Source: an uncultured bacterium (GTDB lineage Bacteria > Chloroflexota > UBA5177 > JANWHV01). Taken from it: a DNA stretch of 64,000 nucleotides. Position numbers and translations under genes: made by a program. Positions within the stretch are counted from its first letter, which is position 1. Every line of letters begins with the position of its first letter. The stretch lies in contig CAWHAE010000009.1 of assembly GCA_963827235.1 (NCBI GenBank), positions 96,001-160,000 on the forward strand. The letters run 5' to 3'. Below, piece by piece: positions 9,645-18,616 of the stretch. The notes beneath the pieces were generated by a model. It saw only the letters and a program-made list of their open reading frames with translations, searched no databases and was not told where the DNA came from.

Positions 9645-10645
9645 TGGACCTTCAGGCTCTGCTCGAGGAGTACTCCTCCTCGGGTTTCGGCGACCTGCTC
9701 TACCGCGAAGCGCTGCTCACGGTGCACGCCGTCGTGCGCGGACACCGCTACCCCACCGGCTATTCGCCGACCGGAATCTGGGACGACGATGCTTTCGGCG
9801 CCCTCGCCCACGACTGGGTGATGAACAAGCTCATTCGTCGCGGACAGCTCGACCACCTGCTGCTCACCAATCAGACGCTGCGCGGCTTCCGCAAGGGACT
9901 CGAGCTCTCGTTCGTGGACTTCCTGATCGGGCAGCGCAAGCGCACCGCACTCGATAATCTCTTCGACCGCGCCGCGGCCATCCTCGAGACCGATCGCCGG
10001 TTCCACCTCTTTCTCGACAGCCGGAAGCGGGCGTCGCGCTTCTGGGGCCTCGCCGCGTGGTCGTCGCCCCGTCCCTACCAGGGCTCGGACGACGACCTGA
10101 TCGCCGCCGGGCTCCGGCAGCAGGGCGTGCGGCTCATCCACTACCGCGGCGATGCCCGTAAGCACAGCCCGGTGCTCGGCGACCATGATCTCGGCGATCT
10201 GCTGGCCTCCCTGCTCGACGATCTCGGCCGCCTGCTCAGCCTCGCCCACTTCACCACCATCTTCGCCTACCGCTTCGATCTGCTCGATGCGGCGGTGCTC
10301 AGCACGGAGCAGCCCGCGCCCGGCGGATTCTCGCCCGGCACGCTGACCCTCGGCGACACACTGCGCTCCGATGCACCGGCCGTGGATGCCCGGCTGCTCG
10401 TGGACGAAGCGGCATCGACCGTGTTGCCGGCGCTCTCGGACCGGCAGCGCCGCGCCCTGCTGGCCTACGCCCGGCCGGATGCCACGCTCACCTCCGTCGC
10501 CGTGCTGCTCGGCTGTTCGAAGAGCACCGTCGACAACGAGCTGCGCCGCGCCCTGGCGTCGATTCGCCGGCAGGCCGCGGACGCCGACGAGGCTGAGCGT
10601 ATCTATGCTCGCCTGCTCGAGCACCTTGCCTCCGCTATCATCTGA
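9644..10645 (+). CDS. atypical sigma-70/ECF-like protein with region-4 HTH and a long central insert
   Basis: LSDRQRRALL..TLTSVAVLLGCSKSTVDNELRRALASIR is region-4-like; TGATG coupling; next gene carries a ZAS motif. Confidence 0.65.
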   Translation: MDLQALLEEYSSSGFGDLLYREALLTVHAVVRGHRYPTGYSPTGIWDDDAFGALAHDWVMNKLIRRGQLDHLLLTNQTLRGFRKGLELSFVDFLIGQRKRTALDNLFDRAAAILETDRRFHLFLDSRKRASRFWGLAAWSSPRPYQGSDDDLIAAGLRQQGVRLIHYRGDARKHSPVLGDHDLGDLLASLLDDLGRLLSLAHFTTIFAYRFDLLDAAVLSTEQPAPGGFSPGTLTLGDTLRSDAPAVDARLLVDEAASTVLPALSDRQRRALLAYARPDATLTSVAVLLGCSKSTVDNELRRALASIRRQAADADEAERIYARLLEHLASAII

Positions 10646-10722
10646 GCCATGGCGCCGCCGGTTGGAAATCGTGGGCGAAGCGCTGTTTGAGTCTCGTGCG
10701 GTGATCGCGGAAGGGAGGCGTC

Positions 10723-11880
10723 ATGGCGATGCAGCAACCGCCTGAAAGCACCTGTCCCGCCGCCGGCGATCTCGCCCTCTACCTGGCGAGCCGGCTTCCG
10801 GAGGCAGACCGGATGGCCGTTGCCGCCCACCTCGAACGATGCACGCGCTGCCCCGAGATCGTCCGCAACCTGCAGGAGGCGGACACGGCAAACGGGATGA
10901 TTGGCGTTGCCGCGCAATCGTCGCCCGCCAGGCTGCGCGAGGCGCGGGCAGCCGGCGAGCAGCCGGCGCGACGGTTCCGCGAGTTGCTGAGCCGGCCCCG
11001 GCCCGACCATCTGCGGTTTGGCCAGTGCTGGACGGTGGCGGCACCGGGCAACCCACCCGACGACGAGTGCGCCGCCGAGGCGCGCATCGTCGTGCTGCTG
11101 GCCGGCGACCCGGCGGCCGCCGTCGCCACGGCGCCCATCTCGCTCGCGCTTCCCTATTGCTCGCCGGACGATCTGCTCGTGCGCGCGGACGAAGGACCGC
11201 TTGGCTACGCGTTCATGATCGAGGCCTGGAATACCGTGACCGTGCTGCGCGATCAGCTCGCACGCTACGCCGGCACGCTCCAGCAGCCGGTGAAGCGCTT
11301 CCTGGGACTGCTCTGCCAATCCCAGCTTGGCCTGCCCGTCGACCTCTCGGAGCTCGAGACGCGCCGTGGCCCGGCGATACTCGAGAGCAGCGATCCTCGC
11401 CTCCGGTTCCAGGAGCAGGAGATCCTCGCCTGCGCGCATCTGCGCCGGCCCGCGCTGCGCGCGCTCGAAGCGCCGGTCGCCGCTCCGGCGGCGCCGGAAG
11501 CGCATCCGTTTGCCGGCATCGTGGCCGAGGGCAAAGCGCGCGGCCTCACGCTGCACCAGATCGCCGAACGGCTCGGCCTCACGCCCGCGCTGGTGCGCAG
11601 GCTCGACCTGCGGGCCTTCCGCTTCGGCCCGCGCGAGCGGCCCGTGGCGGCGGCGATCGGCAGCCTTCTCGGCTGGGATCTCGCGGCACTGGCGCACTAC
11701 CTGCAGCAGCGGCCCGCTCTGGCACCCAACGCCAGCTTTCGCGCCGATCGGGCCCCCGAGACTCAGGAGCAGCAGGACTTCTTCGAGGCCGTGCGCGCGG
11801 ACCCGCGATTGACCGATGAGCAGCGAAGCCGCTGGTTGCGCCTGATGGACCCCGGCGAGCAGGAAGTCCCTCCCACGTGA
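10723..11880 (+). CDS. zf-HC2/ZAS zinc-finger + PemK-like middle domain + XRE-like HTH protein
   Basis: HLERCTRC (HxxxCxxC); GQCWTV..RIVVLL..APIS..DDLLV; GLTLHQIAERLGLTPALVRRLD; RBS gggagg. Confidence 0.7.
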   Translation: MAMQQPPESTCPAAGDLALYLASRLPEADRMAVAAHLERCTRCPEIVRNLQEADTANGMIGVAAQSSPARLREARAAGEQPARRFRELLSRPRPDHLRFGQCWTVAAPGNPPDDECAAEARIVVLLAGDPAAAVATAPISLALPYCSPDDLLVRADEGPLGYAFMIEAWNTVTVLRDQLARYAGTLQQPVKRFLGLLCQSQLGLPVDLSELETRRGPAILESSDPRLRFQEQEILACAHLRRPALRALEAPVAAPAAPEAHPFAGIVAEGKARGLTLHQIAERLGLTPALVRRLDLRAFRFGPRERPVAAAIGSLLGWDLAALAHYLQQRPALAPNASFRADRAPETQEQQDFFEAVRADPRLTDEQRSRWLRLMDPGEQEVPPT

Positions 11881-14800
11881 GCCACTGGGATGCGATCCGC
11901 GCCCAGGCGCGCGCGCACCACGACACGCTGATCGCGCGGGCGGAAGGCAATCCCGCCGCGGAGGCGCTGCTGGCGGCTGCCGAGGCGGTGAGCGGCATCG
12001 CCAGGGAGCCCGTTCCGCCCGGCGATGCATTGCTGGCCGGCGGCGCAGCAGTGCTCGACCGTGAAGCCGGCACGATCTGGTTCGACAACGGTGTCGAGCC
12101 GTGGCAGGCCCTCCTCACCCAGGCACACGAATACGGGCACTTCTGGCTGGGTGACGATCACGGCGCCTGCAGCGCGACCGACGTCGACGCCGGCCTGGCG
12201 GACGATGACCTGGTCTCCGGCGCCGCGCGCGTGGAAGGGTACGGCCCGCGCGAGCGCCGGGAGCGCGAAGCCAACGTGTTTGCCCTGGAGCTGCTGCTGC
12301 CCACCGGCCTGCTGCGCCGCTGGTACCTTGGCGAAGGGCTGGATGCGCCGGCAATGGCCGCGCGCACCGGCCTGCCCGAATGGCTGATCGCGCCGCAGCT
12401 CAGCCGCGCCGTTCTCGTCTCGCTACCCGCCGGCGGCCCACGGCCCGAGGAGCCGGAGGGCGCCGCCATGGACCCGCTTGCCCTCGACCCGAGCCAGGCG
12501 TCCGCCGCCTTCGCCCCGCGCGGTCCGCTCCTGCTCGAAGCCGGGCCCGGCACGGGCAAGACACGCACGCTGGTCGGCCGCCTCGCCCACCTGCTCCGGC
12601 AGGGCGTGCCCCCGGCCGCCATCCTGGCCCTCACCTTCTCCAACAAGGCGGCGGAGGAGATGCGGCAGCGAGTGGCACGGGCCGCTCCCGGGGCGGCGCT
12701 CGGCATCTGGATGGGCACCTTCCACGCCTTCGGCCTCGACCTGCTGCGCAAGTACGGTACGCGCATCGGATTGCCGGCCGATCCCGTCGTGCTCGACCAG
12801 ATCGACGCCCTCTTCCTGCTGGAGGATGCCCTGCCGGATCTGGATCTCGCGCACTACCAGAACCTCTACGAGCCCACCATGTACCTGCGCGACATCCTGG
12901 GCGCCATCTCGCGCGCCAAGGACGAGCTGATCGGGCCGGACGAGTACCGGGCCCTCGCCGATCGCATGCGGGAGTCCGCCGGCGACGACGGTGAGGTGGA
13001 AGCGGCCGAGAAGGCGCTGGAGGTGGCCCATGTCTACGCCGTCTACCAGGCGCGCCTCGAGCAGGACGGCCTGCTGGACTTCGGCGACCTCATCTTCCGC
13101 CCCGTCACGCTGCTGCGCTCGCACGCGGATATCCGCGCGCCGGTTCAGGCCACCTACCGGCATGTCCTGGTCGACGAGTACCAGGACGTCAACCGCGACG
13201 GCGGGCTCTTCCTGCGCGAGATCGCCGGGGACGGCGCCGGACTGTGGGCGGTGGGCGACGTTCGGCAGGCCATCTACCGCTTCCGTGGCGCCGCGCCGGC
13301 CAACATGCGGCTGTTCCGGGGCGACTTTCCCGGTGCCCGGGTCTGCTCGTTGCGCCGCAACTACCGCTCGCAGCCCGCCGTCGTCCAGGTCGTCGCCGGC
13401 CTGGCGCCCCGCATGCTGGCCACGGCCGGCGAAGCATTCGCCCCATGGGAGACCGATCGCCACGCCGCCGGCGGCAGCGTCCGTTTCGAGCTGGCGGTGG
13501 ACGAGGAGGCCGAGGGTGCCGGGCTGGCAGCGGATCTACGGCGCAACCGGGAAGCCGGCGTCCCCTACCGCGATCAGGCCGTGCTGTGCCGCTCCCATAC
13601 CGGGCTGGAGCGCATCGCCGCGATCCTGGAACGGGCCGGCATTCCCGTGCTCTACCTCGGCAATCTCCTCGAGCGCGAGGAGATCCGCGACCTGCTGGCC
13701 CTCCTGTCCCTCGCCTGCGAGGGCAACGGCTCCGGCTTGGTCCGCGTGGCCCGCTTGCCCGAATACGGCATCCCGCTCTCCGACGTCCGCGCCCTCCTGG
13801 CCGCGGCGCGCGAGCAGCAGATCCCCTTCCCCCGCGCGCTCGAGCTGGCCGGGGAAGCGCCGCTCCTCCCTGCCTCGGGGCATGCCGAGCACCTGCCGGT
13901 GGCCGGCGCTGCAGACCGGGCAGACGGGGCGACCATCGCCCAAACGCCGGACCGGGCAGAACACGTGCACCGTCCCCATCCGCACGACCCGGCGGAGCAG
14001 GCGAGCCCGCCCGGCGCTGCCGATGTGCCCCGCCACCCGCCCGCCCTCTCGGCGCAGGGCAGGCGGGGACTCTCACTGCTGGCCCGGCACCTGGACGGCA
14101 TAGCCTATGGCAGCTCGCCGGCCGGCTTCCTCCACGCCTACCTCTTCACGCGCGGCGCCTACCTGCGGCCGCTGCTGGCTGATACGTCGGTGGTGGGCGA
14201 CCAGAAGCGCATGGCCCTCTACCAGTTTCTCCAGTTCGCCCAGGCGTGGCAGCCCCGGGAGCGCGACGCGCACCGTGAGCCGAGGCAGGCCTTCCTGCGC
14301 TACGTGCGCCGGCTGCGAGCGTTCGGCGAAGATCGCGCCCTGCGCCAGCTGCCGGACTGGGCGGAGTCGCTCGACGCCGTCCGCCTGCTCACCGTGCACG
14401 CCTCCAAAGGCCTGGAGTTCTCCGCCGTCTACCTGCCGCGCCTGGGGCAGGGCATGTTCCCGGCCAGGGGGCAATCCCGGGCCTGCCCGCCGCCCAGGGG
14501 CATGCTGGCGGCGGAGCGTGACGAAGACGCCGAGGAGGAGGAGTGCCTGTTCTTCGTCGCCCTCTCCCGGGCGCGCGATACCCTCTGCCTGTCCCGCGCG
14601 CAGCGCTACGGCAAGCGGAACAGCAACGCCTCGCCCCTGCTCGCGCACCTCGCCGGCCTACTGCCCGCTCCTCCAACGCCGACCTGGACCGCGGCCTCCC
14701 TCGCCGCCCCGGGCGCTCCACCAACCTCCGATGCCGGGTCTGCGTCGAAGACCGCGTCCGCGCCGGACACTCCGCCCTCGCTGGATTCCCTGTCCGCCTC

Positions 14801-15707
14801 TTATGCCGCGCCGGCGCTGGACCCCGTGCCTTCGAGCGCTATCGCGCCGGCGACAGATGCTCCTCCGGCCGCCAACACCGCGGCCGTGCTGGATGTGACG
14901 TCTGCGCTGGATGCCCCGCGGTTCACCGCGGGGTCTCTCACGGCGCGCCAAGCGCGGACTTCAGTCCGCCCCCCTGCCGGCGCCCACCCGACCCTCCGTG
15001 CGGAGGTGCTCGAGGTATACCTCGACTGTCCCCGCCGGTTCTACTACGAATACCTGCTCGGACTGGGCGGGCACCGCGATGACACCGCCTACGTCCAGTT
15101 CCATCGCTGCGTCTACGGCGTGTTGCGCTGGCTCCAGGAGCAGCGCGCCGCCGGCCAGGAGGTCGACCTGCCTGCTGCACGGGAACGGCTCACCGCGTTG
15201 TGGCAGGCGCACGGTCCGGTGGACCATCCCTACGAGGCCATCTACCGGCGCGATGCCGAGAAAATGGTGGCGCGTGCCGTCAACCGCCGGGTACAGGGAT
15301 TTGGCCGTCCGGTGCGGCAGGACATGACGGTGCGCCTGGAGCACGGCTCCGTCTCGCTGCGGCCCGACCACGTCGAGGTGAGCGACGACGGCGCCGGCCG
15401 CTCGGTTCTCGTGCAGCGGCTGCGCACGGGCCGCGTGAGCAAGAGCGAAGCCGACAAGGACATATACGCCCTCTACCAGCAGGCCGGCGCCGAGGCCTTT
15501 CCAGAGGCGAGCGTCACCGTGCAGACCCTGTACCTGGCCACCGGCGAGACCCAGGACATCCGGATCCACGAACGGAGCATCTCGACGCGACTCGCCCACT
15601 ACGATCAGGCGTTTCTCGGTATCACGGACGGCGACTACCACGCGCGCCCCGACGACCGCCGCTGCCCGCGCTGCCCGCACTACTTTGTTTGCCCGAGTGG
15701 ATCGTGA
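11877..15707 (+). CDS. ImmA/IrrE metallopeptidase - UvrD (SF1A) helicase - Fe-S PD-(D/E)xK-like fusion
   Basis: AHEYGH + EREANVFA; AGPGTGKT, TFSNKAA, VDEYQD, GDVRQAIYRFRG, NYRS, TVHASKGLEF, FVALSRA; CPRRFYY...CPRCPHYFVC. Confidence 0.9.
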   Translation: MSHWDAIRAQARAHHDTLIARAEGNPAAEALLAAAEAVSGIAREPVPPGDALLAGGAAVLDREAGTIWFDNGVEPWQALLTQAHEYGHFWLGDDHGACSATDVDAGLADDDLVSGAARVEGYGPRERREREANVFALELLLPTGLLRRWYLGEGLDAPAMAARTGLPEWLIAPQLSRAVLVSLPAGGPRPEEPEGAAMDPLALDPSQASAAFAPRGPLLLEAGPGTGKTRTLVGRLAHLLRQGVPPAAILALTFSNKAAEEMRQRVARAAPGAALGIWMGTFHAFGLDLLRKYGTRIGLPADPVVLDQIDALFLLEDALPDLDLAHYQNLYEPTMYLRDILGAISRAKDELIGPDEYRALADRMRESAGDDGEVEAAEKALEVAHVYAVYQARLEQDGLLDFGDLIFRPVTLLRSHADIRAPVQATYRHVLVDEYQDVNRDGGLFLREIAGDGAGLWAVGDVRQAIYRFRGAAPANMRLFRGDFPGARVCSLRRNYRSQPAVVQVVAGLAPRMLATAGEAFAPWETDRHAAGGSVRFELAVDEEAEGAGLAADLRRNREAGVPYRDQAVLCRSHTGLERIAAILERAGIPVLYLGNLLEREEIRDLLALLSLACEGNGSGLVRVARLPEYGIPLSDVRALLAAAREQQIPFPRALELAGEAPLLPASGHAEHLPVAGAADRADGATIAQTPDRAEHVHRPHPHDPAEQASPPGAADVPRHPPALSAQGRRGLSLLARHLDGIAYGSSPAGFLHAYLFTRGAYLRPLLADTSVVGDQKRMALYQFLQFAQAWQPRERDAHREPRQAFLRYVRRLRAFGEDRALRQLPDWAESLDAVRLLTVHASKGLEFSAVYLPRLGQGMFPARGQSRACPPPRGMLAAERDEDAEEEECLFFVALSRARDTLCLSRAQRYGKRNSNASPLLAHLAGLLPAPPTPTWTAASLAAPGAPPTSDAGSASKTASAPDTPPSLDSLSASYAAPALDPVPSSAIAPATDAPPAANTAAVLDVTSALDAPRFTAGSLTARQARTSVRPPAGAHPTLRAEVLEVYLDCPRRFYYEYLLGLGGHRDDTAYVQFHRCVYGVLRWLQEQRAAGQEVDLPAARERLTALWQAHGPVDHPYEAIYRRDAEKMVARAVNRRVQGFGRPVRQDMTVRLEHGSVSLRPDHVEVSDDGAGRSVLVQRLRTGRVSKSEADKDIYALYQQAGAEAFPEASVTVQTLYLATGETQDIRIHERSISTRLAHYDQAFLGITDGDYHARPDDRRCPRCPHYFVCPSGS

Positions 15708-17046
15708 ACTGGATTGCCGCTATGCCCCAAGCTCGTCGCAGTCCAGGAGTATTGACTATGTCTTCACTGATCCGCCATACGCTGGCAAGGAGCAGTATGG
15801 TGAACTCAATTATGTCTGGGAAGCATGGCTTGGTTTGAACACACAATGGCTCGATGAAGAAATCATTGTCAATTCGGTACGTGGCAAGAGTGAAGCCGAC
15901 TGGGCGGCCATGATGCGGCGCGCTATGACCGAGTGTTATCGCGTGCTCAAACCAGGTCACTGGCTCTCGCTGTGCTTTCACGGTACGACCGGCACCTGGA
16001 CAATTGTTCATGATATTATGGCCGAGGCCGGCTTTCTTCCTGACAGCGGCGACAGGGCCCTCTTTATCGACACCGACCAGAAGACATACAACCAGAATAC
16101 TGCCGACAACGTGCCAATGCCCGACCTGGTGATCAACTTTCGCAAGCCGCGTCCAGTGGAGACAGGCGGCTTGGCCATTCTTGGCGACGAGGATCTCACC
16201 ACCTTTGCCGAGAAGGTGCGCGCCGTGATCCGTGGCTATCTGCTCGCCCACCCTGGCGAGACCAAGGATCGTATCTACGACGAGGTTGTCAGCGCGATGG
16301 TGCGTGCCGGTCGCATGGAGGCGCACAACTTCGACGAGTTGCTGACCCAGGTGGCCGACGAGACAATCGAGCTGCAAGGACGTGGTCGGTCGGGCGATGG
16401 TTTGGCCGACGGCCGTGCGCCATATGAGATTCACTGCTGGTATCTGACGGACAGCGAAAGTGATGTCGTGGATGCCGCGGAGACCGCGAAAGAGGACCGG
16501 TCAGCCGCTATGCTTGGCGCCTTCGTCGAAGCGCGGATGCAAGCACAGCCGGATCTGGACGGCGTGCACTACAGCCACCTGTTTGAGAACTACATCCACA
16601 GCGTGAAAGACAAGCCCCGGCGCGAATTGGCCGATTGGCTTGCCGACTATTTCTTCCGCTCCGCGAGCGGTAGCTATCGCCTACCTGAATCCGAAGAAGA
16701 GGAGCAGGCAAAGACCTCCGCGCGAGCAGCGGGCGTCAACCGCCACATCAAGCGCTATCTAGCGTATATCAAGCAGGGCGTGGCGATTCCGGAGCGCGAC
16801 CGGCAGGGCGCGGCGACGCTGGCCGAGTGGGTGCGCAAGTGCAAGCGGACCGGACTCTACGACGAAGGCAAGCTCCTCTACGAGCAGGGAGGGCTTACGC
16901 TTGACGCGTTGAGCGAAGAGCATCAGGTCGAAGTCGAAGAGGACTATGCTACCTGCGTTCGCATGCTGGAACGCACAGGCAGCGTCCAGAAGACGGTACC
17001 AAGAGGCAGGAGAGTGATAACGACGGACGCACCTACCCTATTCTGA
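15685..17046 (+). pseudogene. 5'-truncated amino-DNA methyltransferase (resembles BREX PglXI-like methylases)
   Basis: IDYVFTDPPY..YGELNYVWEAWL, ECYRVLKPG; begins at the catalytic motif with no SAM-binding N-terminal part. Confidence 0.65.
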
Positions 17047-17168
17047 CAGGTTGTCGTTGGGCTGTCGGAGCGGTAGCAGTACCACCAGCCACTAGTCAGG
17101 GTTTGGGAGATCGACCAGGTTTGACTACAGCGATAGCGGCATCGGTCCGAGCAGATGACTGCTGAATG

Positions 17169-17197
17169 TTGTGAAGTGATAGCGCAGGTGCTATCAT
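17169..17197 (+). promoter_or_regulatory. hicAB promoter with palindromic operator TGATAGC-N6-GCTATCA
   Basis: TTGTGA-17-TATCAT; inverted repeat 17177-17196 covers the spacer and -10. Confidence 0.6.
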
Positions 17198-17218
17198 ATG
17201 AGTGTCATCGGTACTACT

Positions 17219-17458
17219 ATGTCGCGGATTGAGAAGCTTATCGCGCTGATCAGGAAGCGTCCGGTGGAGGCGGAGTTCGATGATGTCGCGACTGTGCTGG
17301 AGCATTTCGGCTGGAAAGCCGCTCGGACCAAGGGAAGCCACGTCTCGTTTACCAAGGCAGGGGAAGCGCCGATCGTGATCCCGAAGAAGCACGGGAGGAA
17401 GGTCAAGCGCGTCTACCTTGACGACCTATCTGGCCGCCTTGGTCTGGATGACGACTGA
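17219..17458 (+). CDS. hicA: HicA family mRNA interferase toxin
   Basis: LEHFGW..TKGSHVSF..IVIPKKHG. Confidence 0.88.
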   Translation: MSRIEKLIALIRKRPVEAEFDDVATVLEHFGWKAARTKGSHVSFTKAGEAPIVIPKKHGRKVKRVYLDDLSGRLGLDDD

Positions 17459-17507
17459 CGTCGAGCCGCAGTCTCACACGTATTAAGAGATCACGTTGGG
17501 GTGACAC

Positions 17508-18032
17508 ATGACTTCTGCACCACGCAAGACTCTGGAAGAGTACCTTGCCCTCGAGTATCCGTTTGAAGTGAAAGTCGATCCGGAAGGCGGCTACGCCGTT
17601 CTGTTTCCGGATCTACCCGGCTGCTACACCGAGGCTGACACGCTCGAGGAGCTGCCGGCGACGGTGGCTGAGGCGCGCGAACTCTGGCTGGAGACCGCAT
17701 TCGAGCAGGGCGTCGACATCCCGCTGCCCTCCGTGCCGGAAGAGTGCAGTGGGAAGATTCTGCTGCGCGTGCCGAAGTCTCTTCACCGACGGCTGCTCGA
17801 TCAAGCCGCGCGGGAAGGTGTGAGCTTGAATCACTATACGAGCAACGTGCTGGCGCGCGGTGACACACAGCTAGCAGTTGAGCGCAGACTCGACTCAATT
17901 GACCTCCGGCTAGATATGCTGGCCGAACGACTACAGCGCTATGCAGTGGAGGTACGGCGTCCGCGCGGCGAGTCCACGCTCAAAGTGATCTATGGTAGTG
18001 CCAAGCCGGGCGAGTATGCGAAGGCAATATGA
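17508..18032 (+). CDS. hicB: HicB antitoxin with RHH domain and extended C-terminal tail
   Basis: YAVLFPDLPGCYTEADTLEE; SGKILLRVPKSLHRRL..AAREGVSLN; extra tail of about 55 aa. Confidence 0.88.
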   Translation: MTSAPRKTLEEYLALEYPFEVKVDPEGGYAVLFPDLPGCYTEADTLEELPATVAEARELWLETAFEQGVDIPLPSVPEECSGKILLRVPKSLHRRLLDQAAREGVSLNHYTSNVLARGDTQLAVERRLDSIDLRLDMLAERLQRYAVEVRRPRGESTLKVIYGSAKPGEYAKAI

Positions 18033-18568
18033 GCAGCACGAACGAAGAGGACGTGCCATCGTCGGTGAGCCCGAGCGAGTACGGAAAGTTCATCGGGCAG
18101 ATCGAACTGCTTTCTATCTGGTTAGCACGCGCCGAGGTCGAGAATAGAGCCGGGCCAGAACCACCGGCAAGAGGAAAGTTCAGCATAGAAGACGACTCCA
18201 CCTGGGCGCCGCAGCCAGGCGTTGGCTTCGTGGTGAACGATCGCTACACCGTGGAACTGCATGGCGAGACGAGCCTGGCGATGAGCGTTAAGGCGGAATA
18301 TGCGGTGCTCTATCGATCGTCGACTCCTCTCACAGACGAGTTGTTCCAGGTTTTCAAGCGCGTGAATCTGCCTCTCAACGTCTGGCCCTACCTGCGCGAA
18401 TACGTGTCCAGCACGATGGGACGCTTCGGCTGGCCGCCGTTCACTCTGCCCGCGTTCAAGGTGAACACCCCGCGCGACAATCAGGATGGGTCGGCGGAGC
18501 CAGCGAAGAAAGGGCGACGCGCTGTGGGCAAGACTCGCGTCTTGACCGAGCCAGTCAGCCGTGAGTAA
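18029..18568 (+). CDS. SecB-like chaperone
   Basis: NLPLNVWPYLREYVSSTMGRFGWPPFTLP matches the SecB PY.R...P...LP signature; ATGA coupling with hicB. Confidence 0.78.
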   Translation: MSSTNEEDVPSSVSPSEYGKFIGQIELLSIWLARAEVENRAGPEPPARGKFSIEDDSTWAPQPGVGFVVNDRYTVELHGETSLAMSVKAEYAVLYRSSTPLTDELFQVFKRVNLPLNVWPYLREYVSSTMGRFGWPPFTLPAFKVNTPRDNQDGSAEPAKKGRRAVGKTRVLTEPVSRE

Positions 18569-18616
18569 GCAAGCTGGCAGGGTTGTCGCGCAATTGGGAG
18601 CAGCACGAACCTCCAA

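Noticed and set aside
14990-15707. Cas4 / CRISPR adaptation gene
   Set aside because: It is the C-terminal domain of the helicase fusion; no cas1/cas2 or array nearby
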